In this document: piece by piece, positions 1 to 5,189 of the stretch
Layout of the letters: each line of letters opens with the position of its first letter
Numbering within the stretch: position 1 is the stretch's first letter
Source of the DNA: Candidatus Jordarchaeales archaeon
Lineage (GTDB): Archaea > Asgardarchaeota > Jordiarchaeia > Jordiarchaeales > Freyrarchaeaceae
Direction of reading: 5' to 3'
Length of the DNA stretch: 5,189 bases
Assembly (NCBI GenBank): GCA_038858525.1
Contig: JAWCFL010000039.1
Span: 1 to 5,189 of the forward strand
Position numbers and translations under genes: made by a program
The notes under the pieces: generated by a model
Databases searched by the model: none
Seen by the model: only the letters and a program-made list of their open reading frames with translations
What the model was told of the DNA's origin: nothing

Positions 1-687
1 GCCACAGCCCTCCCTAGTTGCTGGGCCCATGCATATGTAGCCCTGCTCTAGCAGGCATTTTTCGGGTTCCGGGATGCCTTCAAAGTCCCTCTTCACTTTC
101 TTGAGCACTATGACATCTGACTTAACGCGGGGACATTCATCGCATAACGTTCTCTCTTTGAGTTTCGGCGTCTCTCCTTTCAGTAAGCTGGTAACCACGC
201 CTGCTATTAATGGAGGTTCAGGCGGGCACCCTGGCAGGAAAAGGTCGTATTTCACGTATTCGCGGTTCGGCTTAACGTGCTCAAGCATCTTGGGCACGTG
301 TTTGTCTGGGATTCTTCCTTCAACGACGCTTTCGGCTTCCTTGAACTTTCGGGAAAGAGCCTCCTCGATCGGGTAAAGGTTTAGAAGCGACGGGATACTG
401 CCATACGTGGAGCATGTGCCGTATGACACGAGCAGCTTGCATTTTTGCCGCGCAAGCTTTAACAGGTGGAGGTCTTCCTCCGTCCTGCAAAACCCCTCAG
501 TGAAGCCGACGTCGACTGATCCGTCAGGGAGTTTTTCAACGTCGTGCAACTTGTAATCCACTACGGTGTGCCAGAACACGATTTCCAGTTGCGGCAGAAC
601 ATCAGCCAGAGTTTCGTGTAAATCCAAAAGGCTTTGGTGACAACCCCAGCAAGAAGCCAGCTGCACGAACATTACTTTTACAGGCAT
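1..687 (-). CDS. mvhG: F420-non-reducing (group 3c) [NiFe]-hydrogenase small subunit MvhG/VhuG; 3' end lies beyond the left edge
   Basis: Manual translation from ATG at 687 is open for 229 codons to the edge: MPVKVMFVQLASCWGCHQSLLDL...EGFCRTEED...SYGTCSTYGSIP...FLPGCPP...LCDECPR...CLLEQGYICMGPATREGCG. CxxC, GTC and PGCPP are the proximal-cluster ligands; LCxxCPR and CL-x5-ICMGP match MvhG. SD GGAGG (694-698) overlaps the mvhD stop. Not in the ORF track. Confidence 0.95.
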   Translation of the reverse strand, partial: MPVKVMFVQLASCWGCHQSLLDLHETLADVLPQLEIVFWHTVVDYKLHDVEKLPDGSVDVGFTEGFCRTEEDLHLLKLARQKCKLLVSYGTCSTYGSIPSLLNLYPIEEALSRKFKEAESVVEGRIPDKHVPKMLEHVKPNREYVKYDLFLPGCPPEPPLIAGVVTSLLKGETPKLKERTLCDECPRVKSDVIVLKKVKRDFEGIPEPEKCLLEQGYICMGPATREGCG

Positions 688-697
688 AGGAAACCTC

Positions 698-1117
698 CTA
701 ACTCTTTTTTCGGAGCGGGCTGGGCCCGAGCTCCTTAATCACGGTAAGGAATTCTTCAGTTGTTTTTACGAGCTCTGCGCCTTCGCTGGCTGAGATCCAT
801 TTGAGCATAAGTCTCTCGGGCTCGATGCCTAACTGTTTGATCATTTCTTTTAGCAGAGCGATTCTGCGTTCAGCCCTGTAGTTTCCTTTGACGTAGTGGC
901 AGTCCCCCGGGTGGCAGCCTGCCACCAAGACGCCGTCAGCGCCCAGCTCGAACGCTTTAAGGACAAATTGGGGGTCAACTCTGCCGCTACAGAGTACTCT
1001 GACGATTCTCACGTTTGGGGGATACTGCATCCTGCTGGTTCCAGCCATGTCTGCACCCGCGTAGCTGCACCAGTTGCAGAAGATGCCGAGGATCTTGGGT
1101 TCAAAGTCGCCATCCAA
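698..1117 (-). CDS. mvhD: Methyl-viologen-reducing hydrogenase delta subunit MvhD ([2Fe-2S] adaptor to HdrA), 139 aa
   Basis: Signature motifs FCNWCSYAGAD, VRVLCSGRVDP, GADGVLVAGCHPGDCHY and WISASEG. TTG start with AGGAG SD (1126-1130) 8 nt upstream. Confidence 0.97.
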   Translation of the reverse strand: MDGDFEPKILGIFCNWCSYAGADMAGTSRMQYPPNVRIVRVLCSGRVDPQFVLKAFELGADGVLVAGCHPGDCHYVKGNYRAERRIALLKEMIKQLGIEPERLMLKWISASEGAELVKTTEEFLTVIKELGPSPLRKKS

Positions 1118-1189
1118 TTTTTCATCTCCTTCTTAATAGTGAGGCGCTAGCGTGGTGGTGATATTTCGTATTCACGAAGGGTTTTCTAT

Positions 1190-1204
1190 ATTTTAAACTT
1201 TCGG
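1190..1204 (-). promoter_or_regulatory. BRE + TATA box for the mvhDG transcript
   Basis: The minus strand reads CCGAAAG-TTTAAAAT, a close match to archaeal BRE/TATA, ~73 nt upstream of the mvhD start. Confidence 0.7.
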
Positions 1205-1320
1205 GAAAAACCGATGATCGAACGTGAAGCGCAAGGGAGCATAGGAACTCACGGGTGCGATTTCTCGTTGGGAAATGAAGGGTCTACTGTAGGTGCTCGT
1301 TGATTTTTTCGGAAAGAAAA

Positions 1321-1336
1321 CAAAAAGATATTTATT
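1321..1336 (+). promoter_or_regulatory. Candidate BRE + TATA box for hdrA
   Basis: CAAAAAGA-TATTTATT, ~80 nt upstream of ATG 1416. An alternative TATA-like ATTATAAT lies at 1341-1348. Confidence 0.5.
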
Positions 1337-1415
1337 TTGGATTATAATGTTGACTGATGTTGGGGGGTGTTTCCCCCGCCTTTTCAGTTTAACCGATACT
1401 GTGGAAGGGGTTTTC

Positions 1416-3380
1416 ATGAGCGAGAGGAAAGGTGCGGAGAAGCCTCGAATAGGAGTTTTCGTTTGTCATTGTGGAACTAACATTGCTGGCGTTATAAACA
1501 CTGAGGAGCTCGTCAAATACGCTTCTAAGCTTCCCGGAGTTGTAGTCGCTAAGGATTACCGCTTTATGTGCTCGGATCCCGGACAGAACATGATCAAGGA
1601 AGCTATAAGGGACCTTAACCTTAACAGGGTTGTGGTCGCAGCGTGCAGCCCAAGGCTTCACGAGGAGACCTTTAGGAGGGCTGTTGAGGAGGCTGGGCTA
1701 AACCCGTTCCTCTTCGAGATGGCTAACATCAGAGAGCACTCCAGCTGGGTTCACATGCGGCAACCGAAGGAGGCGCTTGAAAAAGCTAAGGACCTATTGA
1801 GGATGGCTGTCGCCAAAGTAAGAAACCTGGAGCCCTTGGAGGTCAGGAAGGTACCCGTTAAAAGGTCTTGCGTCATAATAGGTGGAGGCATAGCCGGAAT
1901 CTCGGCGGCATTAGACTTGGCTGATGCGGGCTTCGAGGTTCACCTTGTGGAGTCCACTCCTTCCATAGGTGGGCGGATGGCTCAGCTCGACAAGACCTTC
2001 CCGACAATGGACTGCTCCGCCTGTATTCTGACGCCGAAGATGGTTATGGTGGCGCGCCACCCGAACATAAAGCTCCACGCCTACAGCGAAGTGGTGAACG
2101 TGGACGGATACATCGGGAACTTTAAGGTCAAGATACTTGAGAAGGCGAGGTACGTGAAGGGGGACGCGTGCACGGGGTGCGGCCTCTGCGCGGACGTCTG
2201 CCCGGTGCACGTGCCAAACGAGTTCGAGATGGGGCTCGGCGCGAGGAAAGCGATATACGTACCCTTCCCCCAAGCTGTCCCCAACACGTTCACTATAGAC
2301 AGAGACAAGTGCATAGAGTGTGAGCTGTGCACCAAGGTTTGTGAGGCTAAAGCCATAGACTTCAACATGCAGGACAGGGAAGTCGAAGTGGAGGCTGGAA
2401 CAATAATAGTCGCCACTGGTTATGACATATTCCAGCCCTACGAAATGTATCAGTATGGTTACGGCAAGTATGAGAACGTGATAACATCTCTACACTTGGA
2501 GAGGCTCCTCAGCGCTTCCGGCCCAACAGGTGGAAAAGTTATTGTTCCATCGACGGGTGAGAAGCCAAAGCGTATAGCTTTCGTCCAGTGCGTAGGATCA
2601 AGAGACGAGCACTTTTTCCCCTACTGCTCAAGGGTCTGCTGCATGTACAGCCTCAAGCATGCAAGGCAGATAAAGGAGAAGTATCCTGACGCCGAAGTGT
2701 ACATTTTCTTCATAGACGTGAGAGCCTTCGGTAAGGGCTACGAGGAGTTCTACGAGATAGCCGCTAGGGAGTATGGCGTAAAAATAATGAGAGGAAAGGT
2801 GGCCGAGATATACGAGGATCCGAAGACCAAAAAGCTGCTGGTAAGAGCTGAGGATAGCCTCATAGGGGAGCCTATAGAGATGGAGTTCGACATGGTTGTC
2901 CTCGCCCCAGCAGTGAAGCCAAGCGCGGGAGCCGAAAAAATACAGCAGATACTAAAGCTCTCGAAGAGCGCGGACGGGTTCTTCTTGGAGGCACACCCCA
3001 AGCTGAGACCCGTGGACACGTTTTCCGACGGCGTGTTCCTCGCCGGCATGGCTCAGGGACCAAAGGACATACCGGACGCTGTGGCGCAGGCGAAGGGCGC
3101 CGCGGCGGGAGCAGCCGCCCTAATGGGCAAAGGAGAAGTGGCCATAGAGCCCTACTACGCTGTCGTCAACGAGGAAATATGCAGCGGCTGCAAGACGTGC
3201 TCCGGAATCTGCCCCTACGGAGCAATAAGCTACAATGAAGACGGCAGAGCGGTAATAAACAGCGTCCTATGCAAAGGATGCGGCGCGTGCGCAGCGGCAT
3301 GCCCCTCCAACGCGATAGAGCCAAACCACTTCAAGTTCCGCCAGGTCCTAGAACAGATCATAGCAGCATTCACGGAGTAG
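1416..3380 (+). CDS. hdrA: Heterodisulfide reductase subunit A (electron-bifurcating FAD/Fe-S protein), ~654 aa
   Basis: N-terminal RIGVFVCHCG, CSDPGQ, AACSPRLHE; FAD motif IIGGGIAG; LDKTFPTMDCSAC; inserted ferredoxin CTGCGLCADVCP / CIECELCTKVC; CVGSR and CSRVCCMYSLK; C-terminal ferredoxin CSGCKTCSGICP / CKGCGACAAACP. Start set at ATG 1416 (GGAAGGGG upstream; HdrA homology begins here) rather than GTG 1293. Confidence 0.97.
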   Translation: MSERKGAEKPRIGVFVCHCGTNIAGVINTEELVKYASKLPGVVVAKDYRFMCSDPGQNMIKEAIRDLNLNRVVVAACSPRLHEETFRRAVEEAGLNPFLFEMANIREHSSWVHMRQPKEALEKAKDLLRMAVAKVRNLEPLEVRKVPVKRSCVIIGGGIAGISAALDLADAGFEVHLVESTPSIGGRMAQLDKTFPTMDCSACILTPKMVMVARHPNIKLHAYSEVVNVDGYIGNFKVKILEKARYVKGDACTGCGLCADVCPVHVPNEFEMGLGARKAIYVPFPQAVPNTFTIDRDKCIECELCTKVCEAKAIDFNMQDREVEVEAGTIIVATGYDIFQPYEMYQYGYGKYENVITSLHLERLLSASGPTGGKVIVPSTGEKPKRIAFVQCVGSRDEHFFPYCSRVCCMYSLKHARQIKEKYPDAEVYIFFIDVRAFGKGYEEFYEIAAREYGVKIMRGKVAEIYEDPKTKKLLVRAEDSLIGEPIEMEFDMVVLAPAVKPSAGAEKIQQILKLSKSADGFFLEAHPKLRPVDTFSDGVFLAGMAQGPKDIPDAVAQAKGAAAGAAALMGKGEVAIEPYYAVVNEEICSGCKTCSGICPYGAISYNEDGRAVINSVLCKGCGACAAACPSNAIEPNHFKFRQVLEQIIAAFTE

Positions 3381-3392
3381 TTGACGCCACCC

Positions 3393-3425
3393 TTTCATTA
3401 TTTCTTCTTTTGGAGAGCTGTTTTT
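3393..3425 (+). terminator. Possible T-rich terminator of hdrA
   Basis: TTTCATTATTTCTTCTTTT and TTTTT runs 13-45 nt after the hdrA stop, consistent with archaeal oligo-T termination. Confidence 0.35.
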
Positions 3426-3583
3426 CCAGGGCTGCTTCGTAACTTATCTATATTAGTTCATGTTACTAGCTGTTGAGAGGCTCCTTCTTTAATGGGAGTT
3501 CATGAAGATATTCTGTGTGACTTCAATAATCAGAAGCACCCTTTTAGCAGCCTGGGGAGTCGAAACAATTTTTTCTGAGCTGG

Positions 3584-3600
3584 CAAAAACGTTTTTATAG
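3584..3600 (+). promoter_or_regulatory. Candidate BRE + TATA box for hdrC
   Basis: CAAAAACG-TTTTTATAG, ~65 nt upstream of the hdrC start. Confidence 0.6.
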
Positions 3601-3665
3601 AATAGGTCTAAAACGTAGAAGCGGATAAAGACGTTGACTCTACAGGCGCGAGAAGGGTGATTAGT

Positions 3666-4220
3666 GTGTCAGCTTCACAGCTTATCAAAAAGTTCGATAT
3701 TGACTTCACGCAGGAAGTAATAGATTATGCGTCTAAGTTCTTTGAGGACGTGGAGAACGTGCGAAGCTGCATACAATGCGCAACATGCACGGGGTCTTGT
3801 CCCAGTGGACGCGAAACCGCTTGGCGAGTGAGAAAGCTGATAAGGCAGGTTCAGCTTGGACTTAAAAACGCAGCAATAAGAAACGACGTTTTATGGGATT
3901 GCACCACATGCTACACTTGCCAGGAGAGGTGCCCCAGGCTTATCCCGATAACTGATATAGTTCGGGCTGTGAGGAACATTGCTGTCCGTAACGGGTTCAT
4001 GCTACCCAGACATGTCCAGGTAGCTGGCCTCATGATCAAGCATGGTCATGCTGTTCCGATCAATGATGAGGTGAAGGCGGTGAGGAAGGAGATAGGGTTA
4101 AGCGAGCTTCCACCCACCGTCCACTCATACCCCGACGCACTAGGAGAAGTGAAGAAACTACTCGACGAGACCGGTTTCACTAAACTGGTGGAGGAAGCAT
4201 CCAAAGGAGTTCAAAAATGA
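3666..4220 (+). CDS. hdrC: Heterodisulfide reductase subunit C (2x[4Fe-4S])
   Basis: CIQCATCTGSCPSGRET and WDCTTCYTCQERCPR ferredoxin motifs, plus a methanogen-type C-terminus (GHAVPIND...R..IGLSELPPTVH.YP.AL.EV). The ORF track starts at GTG 3657; GTG 3666 is preferred because GGTGAT (3656-3661) is an archaeal SD 4 nt upstream. The start is uncertain by 3 codons. Confidence 0.93.
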   Translation: MSASQLIKKFDIDFTQEVIDYASKFFEDVENVRSCIQCATCTGSCPSGRETAWRVRKLIRQVQLGLKNAAIRNDVLWDCTTCYTCQERCPRLIPITDIVRAVRNIAVRNGFMLPRHVQVAGLMIKHGHAVPINDEVKAVRKEIGLSELPPTVHSYPDALGEVKKLLDETGFTKLVEEASKGVQK

Positions 4221-4234
4221 GCAAATACAATTAA
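4217..4234 (+). pseudogene. Possible vestigial 5' stub of hdrB (MSKYN*)
   Basis: SD AGGAG at 4205-4209, 7-nt spacer, ATG 4217-4219 overlapping the hdrC TGA (ATGA). This is where hdrB usually starts and MxKY resembles HdrB N-termini, but 5 codons cannot prove identity. Confidence 0.4.
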
Positions 4235-4843
4235 CCCAGTTACCTTCAAAAGAAACATAACTTCTAGCTGAAAACATCGTAGTACAACAATTTCCCAAAC
4301 ATCTCAACTCTCACTTAAAACAACATCTCCCATTAACTCTATTAAACCGCTTAATCCTTTACCCTATTTCTTAACTTATAACCTGCCACTTGAAACAACT
4401 AAAGACCAACACGTGAACATCCCCGTCGGCGATAACAAACGTAACAAGTCTCCTTCCCTTTTTTAATACAACCCTCAAAGCTCTGCACGATATATAAGCT
4501 TCAAAAACATTCATAAACGGTCATGGTGAAAAAATAAAATAACCAATAACAAAAAAGGGTACAACAAAGACAATGAACAATTGGAAAGTGTAGGAAATTT
4601 CTAGATTTAAATTGCTTTTTTATTAGTCTCTGTGTTTCTTATGAAGAACAAATAGATGAAAACATATGGCAAACAAGGCCAGGCTTTTGAAGAAACTTCA
4701 TGAAGTGACTTAACACTTAGACGACAAAAACTCTGAAGACTTCATAAGCTTCTTAGGAAACTGATAATTACAATTTTTAGAACAAAAGTTACTACTTTTA
4801 ATAGATGCGAAAATGGACAAAAATATTGATAATTGTATGCTAT

Positions 4844-4856
4844 AAAAAAAAGAAGG
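4844..4856 (-). terminator. Oligo-T terminator of the surface-protein gene
   Basis: The minus strand reads TAA-CCTTC-TTTTTTTT immediately after the stop. Confidence 0.55.
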
Positions 4857-5189
4857 TTAAATTAGTTTTTTGGCGACAACAATAATGACGGCAGCAACCA
4901 TTAAACTGACAACCACCAGACCCATCGTAACACTCTGTTGTTGGACTCGCTGTTGATCCCAAAGAAGCAGTAGCAACAAAAGCTCAAACGAAAACCTACT
5001 TGGATGCGACTTAGGATCCGTTGGATCGGTCCCGGCGACATATTCCTCCAAGTTGGTGAACCCGTCGCCGTCCTTATCCTGCCCAGCATCGTCACTCAGC
5101 GGGTCAAGACCATACTGCACCTCCCAGCCATCAGGCATACCATCACCATCAGTGTCAGCTGAAGCCGGGTTAGTGCCACGCTGGTACTC
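4857..5189 (-). CDS. C-terminal 110 aa of a membrane-anchored surface/secreted protein with bacterial-type TSP3 Ca-binding repeats; 5' part lies beyond the right edge
   Basis: The frame is open from 5189: EYQRGTNPASA-DTDGDGMPDGWEVQYGLDP-LSDDAGQ-DKDGDGFTNLEEYVAGTDP. These are DxDGDG...E...G(T/L)(D/N)P repeats, followed by a hydrophobic helix and KKLI*. The ORF-track Met at 5138 is internal. Confidence 0.85.
   Translation of the reverse strand, partial: EYQRGTNPASADTDGDGMPDGWEVQYGLDPLSDDAGQDKDGDGFTNLEEYVAGTDPTDPKSHPSRFSFELLLLLLLWDQQRVQQQSVTMGLVVVSLMVAAVIIVVAKKLI
5013..5189 (-). repeat. Protein-level DxDGDG (TSP3-like) repeats: two complete units and one partial
   Basis: Translated units DTDGDGMPDGWEVQYGLDP and DKDGDGFTNLEEYVAGTDP, plus partial EYQRGTNP. 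Confidence 0.8.

Noticed and set aside
74-376. 100-aa plus-strand ORF
   Set aside because: Antisense shadow of mvhG with no recognisable motifs.
896-1150. 84-aa plus-strand ORF
   Set aside because: Antisense shadow of mvhD.
1293-1415. 41-codon N-terminal extension of HdrA in the ORF track
   Set aside because: It has no HdrA similarity and runs through the promoter and hairpin. ATG 1416 has an SD and gives the canonical length.
1719-1754. HdrA NIREHSSWVH lacks the Cys found in many homologues (HCS/QCS)
   Set aside because: As I recall, this position is also non-Cys in Methanothermobacter HdrA (HDSWVH), so it is known variation.
1193-3063. Minus-strand ORFs 1193-1417, 1389-1661, 1911-2273, 2081-2416, 2750-3049 and 2872-3063
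   Set aside because: They lie antisense to hdrA or its promoter region, show no family motifs, and are expected shadows of a GC-rich gene.
1-3380. Selenocysteine recoding in MvhD or HdrA
   Set aside because: No in-frame TGA occurs; the relevant positions are Cys codons.
3492-3600. Small ORFs in the hdrA-hdrC spacer (28 aa from 3492; 32 aa from 3502)
   Set aside because: Short, SD spacing is poor (12 nt or 3 nt), and they run into the hdrC promoter.
1-4220. Conclusion that the host is a methanogen
   Set aside because: Mvh-Hdr genes also occur in many non-methanogenic archaea and bacteria, and no mcr or mtr genes are in the window.
4456-4559. 9-bp inverted repeat CCCTTTTTT / AAAAAAGGG as MITE ends
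   Set aside because: Low complexity, does not extend, and has no target-site duplication.
4230-4850. CRISPR array, tRNA or IS element in the AT-rich gap
   Set aside because: No regularly spaced repeats, cloverleaf or transposase motifs are visible.
4901-5095. 64-aa alternative-frame ORF
   Set aside because: It overlaps the clearly patterned TSP3-repeat frame on the same strand.

Overview
Archaeal-type energy-metabolism locus with BRE/TATA promoters and GGAGG/GGTGA Shine-Dalgarno sites. An mvhD-mvhG unit of a group 3c [NiFe]-hydrogenase (minus strand; mvhG runs off the left edge and is missing from the ORF track) is transcribed divergently from a canonical ~654-aa hdrA, followed by a separately promoted hdrC. 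hdrB, which normally follows hdrC, is absent. A well-placed SD plus an ATGA-overlapping start (MSKY) sits at the hdrC stop, but the frame ends after 5 codons and the DNA turns abruptly into ~630 nt of AT-rich, partly G-depleted sequence with no recognisable gene. The window ends in the 3' end of a convergent surface protein with TSP3-like Ca-binding repeats and an unusual C-terminus (Leu7-Trp, Gln-rich spacer, TM helix, KK). The core genes are well-known families. The best leads are the cut-off hdrB position, the candidate sorting signal and shared promoter motifs. All motif matches were made by eye, with no database search.
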